Assembly: GCA_002269645.1 (NCBI GenBank)
Contig: NIVC01003091.1
Location: 1 to 64,000, forward strand
From: Macrostomum lignano
Lineage: Eukaryota
DNA: 64,000 bases
Reading direction: 5' to 3'
The notes under the pieces were generated by a model that was not told where the DNA came from, did no database searches, and worked only from the letters and a program-made list of their open reading frames with translations. The translations under genes and the position numbers were made by a program. Positions 1-11,808 of this stretch are shown in pieces (the first letter of the stretch is position 1; the number at the start of each line of letters is the position of its first letter).

Positions 1-1163
1 TATGTATTGTACTCTTGGCCTAAGCAGTCTTTTGGCACTTTATGTTCCTACTATTTTACTCCTCTAGAGATGTTCTCTCAGTCCTGGGCATTCCCTGGAT
101 CAGAGGGTCACAGCCTTTATGCAATTTCCTGCCTTGAAGCAATTCTTCTGCCCTGAGGTGACCTTTATGCTCTATAATGGTTAATGCCCTGAGGTGACTC
201 TCACTCTTTAGCAGTTTTGAATACTCAAAGGAAATGACTAAGTCCTTCAAACACTGCAAATAGCAATTTAGTAAAAAGACTAATTGGTTGTACTTGCAAA
301 ACTTGCAGAAGAAGAGGCAACAGATGAAACTGTCCAAGCTCCAAGTTGCTCAAGGGTTGCTCTTCTTGGCCTCTCCCTGGCCCTCTATTTATATTGCTTG
401 CATGGTATATTTAAAACAAAATTTATTTCATAAACTGTTATTTGCTTTTCACAACATTTAAACAAAAAGTATACTAATTTCTTTTTAGCGTAAATTCAAA
501 CACAGTTATTTTCTAAGAAAAAGTTTCATAAATGTAGTTAATATCTATACTGGACGGCATTCTATATTTATAAAATGTGGCATACTACATCAGTAGCAAT
601 GTGGGGATTTGAGAAAGAAAGGTCCAATTTACTAGGCCTATAGCTATACTGCAGCCAACCCAGATTCTAGAAGTTACATGTATGCTAGATTCCAGTGTAC
701 AAATGATCCCTTTCAAAGTTGGCATATAAATTCATGCATTTTTGGTATATAAATTTTGGCATACAAATCCATGCCAATTTTTTGCATACAAATTTTGGTA
801 AATAAATTCATGCCATGCATAAAAACAGTAATGCAAATTATGTATTTACATAAAATTGAGAAATTTTGTATAGTCTATAAAGTCAATGATAAACTTTTTG
901 CTTCTATGAATTAAATAGTAAATAAATGAGTAAATGAGTATGAGTAAATGAGTAAACAAAGTACTAAAATCTTGGTGTTGGTTACTGAAGTTGGGTTTAT
1001 TGCTTAGGTTGCATAGATTCTAAATATCTTCCATATTCTAGATAGATCATGTTGCAAGTTCGCTGACTACTCAAATAAAATAAGATTTTGTTAAGACTCA
1101 ACTCTTAACTTTATTGTTTCTGTAAGATATGATTATTTAATTAACAATTAAAACAAATTTTAG

Positions 1164-2112
1164 GCGAATCATGGAGCAGCGACCATGGAAAATGCCAAAC
1201 ATTTTTAACTGGGCCAGCAGCTTTGTACAAGGAGTTGTTATGTTGTAAGTATCTTTATTGCTCCTCTGTGTCCATTTTGTTTATTTATAGCATCTTGTAA
1301 AAGCTCTTTTAATACCTTATCTGAATTGTATTGCAGCTTCCAAACATTGATTCCTTTTGATGTGAGTACAAATTTATTTTATCGAATTCTTTCTACTATA
1401 GTTAATTAGAATTCAATTTATCAATTCACAAGTTAGATACAAAAATTTAATTTCCCATCAATCAGCTGACGAGCAGCGGCTCGCAGGCCAATCGCTACGG
1501 CTCAGACTATCGGCGCCATCGCGCTCTGCAGCACCTGGCGGAGCAGCTAATGGCAGTGCCCGACGCAGATTTGGCGGATTCAGAGGCAGTAAGAGATGTG
1601 ATATTGGTTTTAATAGTAGTTGCGCAGTAGTAGTAATAGTAGTAGTAGTAGTGGTAGTAGTAGTAGTAGTAGTATTAGTAGTAGTGTAGTAGTAGTAGTA
1701 GTAGTAGTAGCATTAGTGAGGTAGTAGTAGTAGTAGTAGTAGTAGAAATAGTAGTAGTAGTATTAGTAGTAGTAGTAGTAGTAGTAGTAGTAGCATTGGT
1801 GAGGTAGTAGTAGTAGTAGTAGTAGTAGTAGAAATAGTAGTAGTAGTATTAGTAGTAGTAGTAGTAGTAGTAGTAGTAGCATTGGTGAGGTAGTAGTAGT
1901 AGCATTGGTGAGGTAGTAGTAGTAGTAGTAGAAATAGTAGTAGTAGTATTAGTAGTAGTAGTAGTAGTAGAAATAGTAGTAGTATAGTAGTAGGTACATT
2001 TGCTGCCTAACTATAATAATTATATCTATTCTAGATCTTATTATAACAAATTTCTCAAATTTTAGCGGACGCTCCGAGCGCTCCGCCGTGCGTCGGTGGC
2101 GGATGAGGTTAA
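1164..2112 (+). CDS. SELENOK: Selenoprotein K (exons 1164-1244, 1337-1361, 1466 or 1477-1588, 2066-2112; first coding exon not located)
   Basis: Splice sites read directly (tttag|GCG, GTT|gtaagt, ttgcag|C, GAT|gtgagt, GCA|gtaaga, tttag|CG). Spliced protein RIMEQRPWKMPNIFNWASSFVQGVVMFFQTLIPFD...PGGAANGSARRRFGGFRGTDAPSAPPCVGGG-U-G*, with TGA at 2104-2106 then GGT TAA. Matches the SelK pattern (PW..F.G...FVVLFF.TL, Gly/Arg-rich tail, PPP..GGUG). Exon 3 needs the 1477 acceptor or a 1-nt indel. SECIS present downstream. Confidence 0.82.
1610..1992 (+). repeat. (TAG)n microsatellite in SELENOK intron
   Basis: Imperfect AGT/TAG run between donor 1589 and acceptor 2065. Confidence 0.95.
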
Positions 2113-2499
2113 TTGCGGCTCTCCCAGTTAAATCGGACCGCATCAGGTGGCTGGCTTTTTATTGTAGCTGCTGGTGAAAAGTTTTGTGCAACCTCGCCAG
2201 TTATGTTGCCATCCGCCTGTTGTCGCGGTTCAATTGGTTGAGAGCTGCAGTGTGTCTCTTGGAGTTTTCATTTTCAATTTCTTTACGAACTTTAATTTCC
2301 ATTGCGTTTCAGCTTCAGTTTTAAATAGAATTTACTTTATTCAGGTGACTAACGTTTTTGTACTACTACTAGTAGTAGTAATAATATCTTTAAAATTTGT
2401 GTTGAAATTTTCCTGGTGGTTTTAAGGTGGGCAGTTTTAATTAGTAAAGTTACGTATTAAAGTTTCATGGCAGTTATTAGTTAGTCTGATGAAAATAAA

Positions 2500-3465
2500 T
2501 CTACTCTCATGAGAATCGCCCTCAATCTATGAGTCTACTCTCATGAGAATCGCCCTCCAATCTATGAGTCTACTCTCATGAGAATCGCCTCCAATCTATG
2601 AGTCTACTCTCATGAGAATCGCCCTCCAATCTATGAGTCTACTCTCATGAGAATCGCCCTCCAATCTATGAGTCTACTCTCATGAGAATCGCCCTCCAAT
2701 CTATGAGTCTACTCTCATGAGAATCGCCCTCCAATCTATGAGTCTACTCTCATGAGAATCGCCCTCCAATCTATGAGTCTACTCTCATGAGAATCGCCTT
2801 CCAATCTATGAGTCTTCTCTCATGAGAATCGCCCTCCAATCTGAGTCTAGTCTCATGAGAATCGCCCTCCAATCTGAGTCTAGTCTCATGAGAATCGCCC
2901 TCCAATATATAAATCCACTCTCATGAGAATCGCCCTCCAATCTATAAGTCTTCTCTCATGAGAATCGCCCTCCAATCTGAGTCTACTCTCATGAGAATCG
3001 CCCTCCAGTCTATAAATATACTCTCATGAGAATCGCCCTCCAGTCTATAAATATACTCTCATGAGAATCGCCCTCCAATCTATAAATATACTCTCATGAG
3101 AATCGCCCTCCAGTCTATAAATATACTCTCATGAGAATCGCCCTCCAGTCTATAAATATACTCTCATGAGAATCGCCCTCCAATCTATAAATATACTCTC
3201 ATGAGAATCGCCTCCAGTCTATAAATATACTCTCATGAGAATCGCCTCCAGTCTATAAATATACTCTCATGAGAATCGCCCTCCAGTCTATAAATATACT
3301 CTCATGAGAATCGCCCTCCAGTCTATAAATATACTCTCATGAGAATCGCCCTCCAGTCATAAATATACTCTCATGAGAATCGCCCTCCAGTCTATAAATC
3401 CACTCTCATGAGAATCGCCCTCCAGTCTATAAATATACTTTCATGAAAATCGCCCTCGAATCTAT
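2500..3465 (+). repeat. 35-bp minisatellite, ~27 copies, core CTCTCATGAGAATCGCCCTCC
   Basis: Unit ctctcatgagaatcgccctccaatctatgagtcta with period 35 (2541 to 2576). The variant changes along the array to ...ccagtctataaatata. Confidence 0.95.
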
Positions 3466-3994
3466 CTAAATCTACTAAAATCAAGCCTAATAAAAGCATT
3501 GCTTTGTGCTGGTAATTTCCACTTTAAATTCACACCCTTGCCGCCCGGCTGTACACAGTTGACCAAGACAAAAGACTTTTTTTATTTTGTTTAAAACAAT
3601 ACAACCTATTTAATTCTGATTAATTGTTCAAATCTTTATCCGTTTTTAATAGTCATTTTGTTTAGTAAAGCCATGACTATTTCAAAATTTTGTTCTTATT
3701 TTTAAATATATATATAGCTGTCAATGTTTTTTCTGTTGTTGCTGACCAACTCGAGTCACAGTCTGTACACTGTCCGGGGGTTCCTATTCTCTCTAGTCCA
3801 GCGAATCTCACCGCGAAAAAAAAGTGGAAATTACATGCCGAAATTGCAATGACAATATTTATATTATGATTAAAAAGAAAATACGCTAGATATTCAGTTA
3901 ACACTACTGCCGCCACGGATTCAAGTAGTAAGATGAAAATCATTTTGTTTCGCATCATTAATAAAGTTTTTCCTATAATGGTTCGCGCTGCCTA

Positions 3995-4048
3995 ATGACG
4001 CCATCCGAGGTAAACGGAATCATTTGTTCCGGCTTGGATTTGGCTGAT
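3995..4048 (+). promoter_or_regulatory. SECIS element (form 2) for SELENOK
   Basis: ATGAC core 3995-3999; helix GCCATCCGAG 4000-4009 pairs with CTTGGA(TT)TGGC 4033-4044; unpaired AAA 4012-4014; mini-stem CGGAA/TTCCG; 3' core TGAT 4045-4048. Helix I is not clearly resolved by eye. Confidence 0.85.
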
Positions 4049-5453
4049 AACGAAAGAAAAGCTGCCGTTGAGCCCATTCTATTTTCTGTACCAATAATAT
4101 GTAATAATTTTGTTACGTAATCTTATTTTAAAAGTACACATTGTTATGTATAGTATATGCGATCTGCCTTAAATTTTCAGTAATTATCTCTATGAAGTTT
4201 CTTTAGTGAAATACTACTGAATAGTAGAGCTGACTGATTGCGATTGTCTAATCCTTATTTGAGTGTGATTTCCCGTAAATTTTGATTTTTAATTATCAAT
4301 TTTCAAGGTGATCTGAGTATTAAAAAATTAATGAGCAAATCAAATTTCAAACAAATAAATACTGCCAAATTAACGATTTTAAGCTGTCATTGGTCTTATT
4401 TAATAATCGTTTTCTTAAGTTTTATTTATTTATTTCCTACTTTTATACAGTTAGATCACTTTCATCAGTCAATAGATTCCTACGGGGTAAATTGTAATTA
4501 AGAGAGCTTTGCCGTGTATTGGGAGAAAGTTTAAGTGCGTTTGTTTTTTTAGTGTCTGTTGTCGAAGGACTTCAAATAGGCTTCTCACTTCCCTTGCCTA
4601 ATGTCTGCGGCCTTTAGTGTCTATGGTAGAAGTAGCTCTAACTGGCTTTGAAATGGCCGAAATATTATATACTTAACATTCCATTCAATGATTGTATCTA
4701 AACACTACACTGTGCTATTGTAGTACAACAAGCATTTTAACCCTTAGTGAAGGAATTAGGGTAATCAACCTGATAAAAATGCTTTTATCTACATGTCTAC
4801 ATTCTACATGGCCAGAAATGCTTTGAGAGGAGTTAAAAATGATCATGTTTGAAGTTCAGTTTCAATTCAACCTTTGAGTCCAGTTCTGCAATTATGAAAA
4901 TGAACATCTATGCCTAAAGACAGTAAATACTCGCAATTTGCAAGATGTACACTTTAAAATACGAACGCGTACTATTGCATGTGCGCATTCGTTTTTTGGT
5001 AGAGCCAAGGAATTTCCGTGGCTTACACATGGTAATGCCTTTATTGTTCTGCCGCATACGCACGTAGCGCGTGGTCAAAAAAGCTTAGTGTGCGGAGAGC
5101 AGACAGGAAGGCTTCTCTGAAAGCTTTTAAAACATTGACCACTAGCTAGCTCTCTCAAATAATAATCGAAAGCTTGAGTAAAACGGCTAGCTTGGTAAGT
5201 TAGCAATATTTTCGGGTTTTTTGTATCATCAGACTGTTCAATTTTAGTTCAATTGGCACTGTTGTGTCAAATTTTAGAACTGATAGAGCCCTTGAATTAA
5301 TTTGTTCAAGAGCCAAAAGATATATCTACCACAAACGACTAGCTTTTTTATACTTTCTAGATTCCTAAACTCCAGGGGAAATAAAAAATAATTGCAATAA
5401 TTATTAATAATTTATTTTCAACTTAGCCCATTTTTAGCGTGGCCTACATTAAA

Positions 5454-5911
5454 GGTCACTGGTCAGATCGTCATATTCCATTTCGTCATATTGGATGACG
5501 AAGTGACAAAAGCAAATTGTAGCTTGAAAAATGATATGACGAAGTGACCAAATATTTATTAGGGCCTATGTAGTTATGCTGGATACTTCGTCAATCGTCA
5601 TCAATCTGTGTGGGATTCGAGTTCGTGCAAATTTTTTTTTTGTTAATCACGATAAGCTGCTGCAAGCAGAACCGATCGATCGACAGGTTTTATCAATTAA
5701 GATGACAAAATGACTGGGATCATTAGGATTCCAAGATATGTTTGATTGTTACATTAATTCACTTGAAGTTGGAACTAATATGATCGGTGGATGACGAAAT
5801 GACTCTCTTCAGGTAGTGCATGTTAATTAAGATGACGAAGTGACCATAGTTGAGGTGAGCACCCCAGACACCCAGATGACGAAATGGCAGATGACGAAAT
5901 GACTAGGAACC
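5454..5911. mobile_element. MITE-like non-autonomous DNA element, 458 bp
   Basis: Left end GGTCACTGGTCAGATCGTCATATTCCATTTCGTCAT vs reverse complement of right end GGTTCCTAGTCATTTCGTCATCTGCCATTTCGTCAT. Internal GATGACGAA repeats. CATTAAA on both flanks (5447-5453, 5912-5918). Confidence 0.7.
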
Positions 5912-6510
5912 CATTAAAGTTGTAGTTGCAATTCCCGCGGTAACGCCATAGAAATGCCGTGGAATCGAATTAAAAAAAGTTTTCTAAAAATAGAAAAGTA
6001 AGTTTCACAAAGACACTATATGCCTCCAAAGGTTGAAATTTAACATTATCTTTAATATCAACTTAGTTAGACTAAAATTTCGAACCTTTGAAATGAGACA
6101 CATAAGTCTGCTCTTTAATACTTAAGTGTCTGTATCATTGATAATATTTATAAGAAATAAACTAGTCGATATAGTCAAGGTGGTCATAATGTTTCAATAA
6201 CTTAAGTCACAATAACACAAAATTGAAGCATTTAAGTGGCACTAACTGTTAATTCGAGGGGCCAATTTCAAATCTTCAACCGTATGACCCGAGAAAACTA
6301 ATTCAGTACTCGTGCTGTACTATAAAATAAGCCTAACAAGACGTCCCAAGATCAAGTTTGCGACTCGGGTATTGAAAATTGATTAAAGGGGGGATAAATA
6401 ACGTTTATATTAACAAATGGCCTCTTAAAAATAATTTCAGACTCGGTTCAGACGCGATCAGTGCTAGTAATCCGATAACACGTTACACGATTCGCTACCG
6501 ACAGATTTTA

Positions 6511-8472
6511 ATGGCTAATAACAGGTATAGATTTGTTAGATTGAATGCCTGGCAAGCTACATATCAGTCGTCCTCTTCATCGGAACCGGATCAAAGGCTT
6601 GAACGCATCGATCAAACTTTTCCGGCAAGTGACGTTCCATGCGCATCAACCAGATTTCAATGCGGTCAAAATTCTGCGAGAACCTCGCGTAACACTGACG
6701 CCACAGAATTTCAACTATTATTTAATCAATTACTAGCAATTGCAACTGACGGATTGTCCAGGCAGAGGGTCTTGCACTCTGACACTCAGCCCGAACAGTT
6801 AAAGTCTTTTAGTTCTCGATCACAGACTGGCAAGTGCAAGAAGTTGCGCTACTACAAAGCAGAAGCACATCTGACGGCAGAGTTTCGCCTGTGCCGCAGA
6901 CTCTGGACTTCCGCAATCAGCGATGGGACACGAGTGGAATGCCGGCCTCGATTCCCCAACACCTGTGGACATGAACGAGAAGAGAACAGGTGGCAGTCTT
7001 TCCATCTGCCAGATGCCAGCTTTACAGCGGCTCACCTGGTGTCAGTGACGGATCTGGCTGCTGACGGATTCTTCTACCTCCAGGAGACGGACAGAGTCAA
7101 GTGTGCATTCTGCAAGGGTGTGCTCAAGGGCTGGAAGGCTGGCGAACAGGTCCGAGAGGCTCACAGACGCCACTTCTCCACCTGTCCGTTTGTGCTATTC
7201 GTCGAGGTCGGCAACGTGCCTCGAGAGCACAGGGAGCCGGAAGGAGCCTCGAGGTCAGCAAAGCTGGTCGAGGCAGTGCAGTGCAGTGATCAGATCATAG
7301 ATGAAGCCGTAGTGATGGTGAACGGAGACTGGAGCATGAAGCTGGTCGCTGAGCTTCCACCGATTGAGGCCGCTGGGCTGAAAGAGTGGGCGCTGGCGAC
7401 ACGAGGACTTTGTAGTCCAACCTCTGCTGGTGCAGTACGCGTTGTTGATGACGAGCTGGTCGCAGTCGACCTGATAAAGCATCCTCAGCTACCAGTGTCG
7501 AGCGAGGTAGCGAGATCTGCGTGCTCCGAGAGAGCGCTCAGGGAACTGTCTGCTCTCCAGCACAGTCTTGAAAGTGAGCCATCGAGTGTGACTGCCAAAC
7601 ACGCAGATTTCGAGAGCTACCAAACGAGGTCGCAGTCTCTGCACTCGGCTTTCGTTCAGCAGCCAGTGTACTTGCTTGCAAAGGCGGGCTTCTTCTACTC
7701 GAAAGCCGAGAGAGCGACCTGCTGCTTCAGCTGTGGACTTCGCGTTAACGACTGGAGCTGCAGCGATGATGTGTGGATTGAGCACGCTAGATGGTCGCCT
7801 CGCTGTCCTCATGTGTTGTTGGAACGAGGCAGCGACTTTGTGCGGACAGTGCACCGACTGTCACCTCCCGTGCAGCACCCGACTTGTGCTGCCTCAGCTC
7901 GGCGTCGCACTGCACTGGTGCAGTCGGGCTCAACTGTATCAGCTAGTTTTGCGACTGTCGACGAGTCCGTTGCCCCTACTGCAGTCCGCAGCAGTCGCGT
8001 AGACCAGTCTCTCGCAGTCACACCTGGAGTCGAGTTCAGAGTCGAGGCCAAAGACATCAATGCCAGAGCCGACCTGCCCGTTTTGAGACTGCTCACTCAG
8101 CTCGGATTTTCTGCTCTGCAAGTGAAACTGTTCACAGAGCTGCATCTCAGACAGCGAGGCGATGACTTTGCAACATCGGAGCTGTTCCTCGACTTCATGC
8201 TCTCCGAGAGCCGCCGCATGCGCAAGCAGTCGCAGGATCCGGAGGCGTTCTTCGAGAGCAGGATGTCTCAGATTCGGGAGTCACTGAACCAACAGCCGAG
8301 ACACCGAGACACAATCGACTGGAAGACGTGCAAGGTGTGCATGGACAATGAGGTGAACGTCATGCTTCTGGACTGTGGTCATTTAAACATTTGCTCTCCT
8401 TGTGCCAACTCTGTGACCAGCTGCCCCATTTGCACAGCCTACATACGCGGTACTGTGTTGATCAAGATTTAG
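6511..8472 (+). CDS. Inhibitor of apoptosis protein: BIR-BIR-UBA-RING (~653 aa from first ATG)
   Basis: Two BIRs with exact C-x2-C-x16-H-x6-C spacing (CAFC...HRRHFSTC ~6970-7200; CFSC...HARWSPRC ~7600-7815). IAP-type UBA-like segment (LPVLRLLTQLGFSALQVK...GDDFATSELFLDFML). C-terminal RING CKVC...CGH..C..C......CPIC. True start uncertain because the track start is TTG. Confidence 0.93.
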   Translation: MANNRYRFVRLNAWQATYQSSSSSEPDQRLERIDQTFPASDVPCASTRFQCGQNSARTSRNTDATEFQLLFNQLLAIATDGLSRQRVLHSDTQPEQLKSFSSRSQTGKCKKLRYYKAEAHLTAEFRLCRRLWTSAISDGTRVECRPRFPNTCGHEREENRWQSFHLPDASFTAAHLVSVTDLAADGFFYLQETDRVKCAFCKGVLKGWKAGEQVREAHRRHFSTCPFVLFVEVGNVPREHREPEGASRSAKLVEAVQCSDQIIDEAVVMVNGDWSMKLVAELPPIEAAGLKEWALATRGLCSPTSAGAVRVVDDELVAVDLIKHPQLPVSSEVARSACSERALRELSALQHSLESEPSSVTAKHADFESYQTRSQSLHSAFVQQPVYLLAKAGFFYSKAERATCCFSCGLRVNDWSCSDDVWIEHARWSPRCPHVLLERGSDFVRTVHRLSPPVQHPTCAASARRRTALVQSGSTVSASFATVDESVAPTAVRSSRVDQSLAVTPGVEFRVEAKDINARADLPVLRLLTQLGFSALQVKLFTELHLRQRGDDFATSELFLDFMLSESRRMRKQSQDPEAFFESRMSQIRESLNQQPRHRDTIDWKTCKVCMDNEVNVMLLDCGHLNICSPCANSVTSCPICTAYIRGTVLIKI

Positions 8473-9444
8473 AAAAAGTAATTACTTTATACGAGCGTAT
8501 GACAATTTTTTATAGAGAATTTTTAGATAGTGCTGCAAGCTCATAGTTTATTTGTTTTTTAATAATGAAATACGAGACGTATTTATATAGCTATCATAAA
8601 TACGCATTACGTGTATATATGCGATGTCGGGTCGAGCTGCTTCCGTTGGACTCAGTGTAGCTCTGATACCGCAATATACCCTTAATTATTAAATTTAACA
8701 CCAGTTTTGATACTCGTAATTAGTTCGTTTTTTCAAAACACTAAGATAAACACGAATACGTGTATGAATTTCATCAGCTTGTGTTATTGACACTTTCGCC
8801 TTGATCTTGCAAGTGCATTGTATTGCATTCCCAGTGCGTCGTTTTCAGTATCTGTTTTTTACACATATTGATGCTCATCTATTTTTATCGCGTATGAAGA
8901 TATTTTTATCGAATTTAATAAATACATTTTTGTTAATGATCTAGTGCCTGACTTGTCTACTTGCCTATACAACCATTTAAATTTGATATAAATTGCAATT
9001 ATAGTAGTCCTTTCATTCTTTGAGATGTCTTCAGCCCCGTTCTGAGTATAAGCCACAAAATTGGTTTCACTACATGGCGTTGTGATGGCGTCAGTTTTAT
9101 TCAAAACTAGAAGGGTAAGCATATCGCATACTATATTAAATGTTTAATACTTCTTTTCACTGTAGTTCTCTTTTGCAAGTTTGTCTAACCGCAAAGCAGC
9201 GTACATGTCAAACAAATTCAAGCTGAATTCATCCGGCGCATATTAATCCTTTAGTTTACACATACTCCATGCGCGGTCGACCGAAAGCATCTAAAATTGT
9301 ACCTCGGGGTGGCAAAATTTAGTCACATTTGGCTGCACGAACAGCATCAAGGCCAGTGCAATGCTTGCAGTTAGTATAAAGTCAATCATGAAATAAACTG
9401 ACACAAATTGCCACTTGAAAAGCTACCAGAAGAAGCAGCGAATC

Positions 9445-11022
9445 ATGAATTCGGAAACCTCTTCTGACACTGAGCTGTGCGTCATCTGCGGCGAACCGGC
9501 TCTAGGCTTGGGTCCGTTCTCTCGCTGCCAACTGTGCGATCATCACCTCAAAATTGATTTAGCGGACGCCTACAAGCTGCAACAGTCTGTTGCTGATGAA
9601 CTCGACGCCTACTCGCAAGATGTCGCTAATGACTTGGCGGTGGAATCTGACGAACTTGAAAAACACCTGCTGGAGGTTCAGCTGACGCTCGCCTCTGTAC
9701 AGCGAGACGTGCAAGAGTACTGTACCCGATTGGCGGAGCAGTATCGGAAGCGCCTTGAGGCTGTTCACGTTTGCCAGCGGAACCTCGAGGATGTCTGCAG
9801 CTACACCGAGGAGGTGGCCGCAGCGGAGAAGGCGGACAGCATTGCCGAGGTGGTTCAGCTGGCCGAATCCATGCAGCTGTCGCTTCCAGATTTGAAGTCG
9901 GACTTTGAAGTTGCGAAGCGACTGCGTTCGAAGGCCGACGGCGCCGAGCTGCAGTTGCGACGCCTTCGGCAGCTCAAGCGACTGGTTGGCAACGCGCTAG
10001 CTGGCGCCGAGTTGATAGACGTTGCGACGGACACTTCGAGTGACTCTGAATCCGCAGTGGTGCCACTGAGAAAAAACTATTATCCTACCACAGATTCAAA
10101 GAGGCATGAGATTAATAAATCGACTGGTTCGATTATAATTACTCATATAGTGGAGCCAGACGGCTGGGTGCACTGGCTGGACGTGTGCAGCGACACCAGC
10201 GGATTCGTTGCTAACCGTTCAGGTCGCATTGTACCCGCCGAGTCAGCTGATTTTGGTAGTGAAGCTCTGTCCCAACAGTGTGTGTTTGCAGTCCTGTCTG
10301 ACAAAGAGTATTTGTTTGTCTTTTCGATGCATAGTTCGCGGTGTTTCCGATGCTATTGTCCGATTAATTGGAGAAAGCTTGTCTGGGGTCTGCACTGCGA
10401 CCGTCAGCAGTTGTTCATCGCTCAGCCAGATGTAGTGACTGTAGCAGACCTGAGCGGTCGGATTCGTTTTCAAATTAAGACAGACGTGAACAACTTTGGA
10501 GACGTCTGGGGCATCGGCGGCAACGCAGCCTTCGTGTTTGTATCCAGCGGCAACAAGATTGCTGCATTCGACAAGTTGCGATTCGAATTCCAGTTCATCA
10601 TTACGCTGAGGGAATTCCCCGACGCAGACTTGTACAACATGACATGCCTGCATGACTGCATTCTTGTGGCTGACAAGCATCACAACATGGTGCACCGAGT
10701 GTCCATTGAAAACAGACAGCTCGTGACATCCTTTCCGATTAAGGGTGCTAGCGGCATGGCTCAGTTTACTTATCCGTACGATGTGGTCGTCGACAGCAGA
10801 GGCCGCCTGTTCGTCAGCGAATTCCGCAGTCACTCAGTGCGAGTGGTGGACGCTGAAAGCGGCTCACTGCTGCAGACCCTAGGAGTGCCGGGCGAGAGCG
10901 GCAGCGGAGACGGCAAATTCTGCTGTCCATGCGGTCTAGCGGTGCTGACAGGAGGCACGCGCGACCAGCTGATGGTAGCTGATCGCAATAATAAGCGACT
11001 TCTAGTATTCAACATCGGGTGA
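9445..11022 (+). CDS. TRIM-NHL-like protein: Zn-binding N-terminus, coiled coil, NHL beta-propeller (525 aa), no RING seen
   Basis: CVIC-x12-CQLCDHH; long heptad region; NHL repeats FTYPYDVVVDSRGRLFVSEFRSHSVRVVD and FCCPCGLAV...LMVADRNNKRLLVF. Confidence 0.8.
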   Translation: MNSETSSDTELCVICGEPALGLGPFSRCQLCDHHLKIDLADAYKLQQSVADELDAYSQDVANDLAVESDELEKHLLEVQLTLASVQRDVQEYCTRLAEQYRKRLEAVHVCQRNLEDVCSYTEEVAAAEKADSIAEVVQLAESMQLSLPDLKSDFEVAKRLRSKADGAELQLRRLRQLKRLVGNALAGAELIDVATDTSSDSESAVVPLRKNYYPTTDSKRHEINKSTGSIIITHIVEPDGWVHWLDVCSDTSGFVANRSGRIVPAESADFGSEALSQQCVFAVLSDKEYLFVFSMHSSRCFRCYCPINWRKLVWGLHCDRQQLFIAQPDVVTVADLSGRIRFQIKTDVNNFGDVWGIGGNAAFVFVSSGNKIAAFDKLRFEFQFIITLREFPDADLYNMTCLHDCILVADKHHNMVHRVSIENRQLVTSFPIKGASGMAQFTYPYDVVVDSRGRLFVSEFRSHSVRVVDAESGSLLQTLGVPGESGSGDGKFCCPCGLAVLTGGTRDQLMVADRNNKRLLVFNIG

Positions 11023-11457
11023 AGTCAGACAACTAGCTACTGTACATTTTTGTATTATTGCTGATGCTGATACAAGACAATCAAGTTGATCAAATGGAGA
11101 TGCCAGCTTCATTTTTAATCAAAATTGTTAATAGCTAATCATTTTTATTCAACTATCAAGCATACAACTTATTGGCTATGTTGCCCATATGGTCGAGTGC
11201 TGCAGAAGTGAACGGGGATTGGTTATTAAACTTGACTGATGAAAGCAAATTAAAAGCCCCACTTCCAAAATAATATCCTTTAAAGCTGATGATTGTCACT
11301 TAATTTCTTGCTTCTTGTATACTTTTATTTATATTTATGGTGAAAATATTGGCAGGACGAAGCCGAATTCTAATTATTTCACTTTATGTTAATGGAACGT
11401 GTATAGCTACGAGTATATTATATTATAGATAAAACTCCTTACTTTAACCGCACAAAA

Positions 11458-11808
11458 AGGGGGGCCGTAGTCCAGCGGTAGCGCAGCTGCTCTGGTGTGC
11501 CAGCGACCCAGGCTCGATTCCAAGTGCAGTCACATTATTTTGGGGCTGAATTGGAATCTCGGCTTGGCTCTGCTCGTGCAATTAACGGCCTTGAGAGCCA
11601 ACCCCCCAAGGCGCAGTGAAGTGTACATGCCTAACGATAATATAAAGTTAGGGCCGCTGTACACTCCTGTGTGAGTGTGTGCCTGCGTACGTATCCGCGC
11701 GCTTGTATGCCTGCTCAGGGGAGTCGGCAGAATGGGCAGTAATGCCTCTCGCCGGTTGTGTGCCTATGTCGCTTAAAGTGCGCCAGGGTGCACACAATCT
11801 AATAAAAA
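11458..11808 (+). mobile_element. tRNA-derived SINE, ~350 bp, with 12-bp target-site duplication
   Basis: Head GGGGCCGTAGTCCAGCGGTAGCGC with A-box-like TAGTCCAGCGG and B-box-like GGCTCGATTCC. Ends AATAAAAAAA. AACCGCACAAAA on both sides (11446-11457, 11809-11820). Confidence 0.8.

Noticed and set aside
56-337. 93-aa minus-strand ORF with a possible acceptor
   Set aside because: Non-ATG start, no recognisable motif, truncated context at the window edge.
2160-2250. Alternative SECIS (GTGAA...TGAG)
   Set aside because: Core spacing is ~60 nt and helix II does not pair; the element at 3995-4048 fits far better.
10057-10150. AT-rich stretch inside the NHL ORF as a cryptic intron
   Set aside because: Candidate GT-AG pairs give 94 or 91 nt, which would break an otherwise open frame.
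11461-11535. Functional tRNA gene
   Set aside because: A/B boxes are present, but there is no complete cloverleaf or acceptor-stem match; it continues into a 350-bp body with an A tail and TSD, so it is called a SINE.
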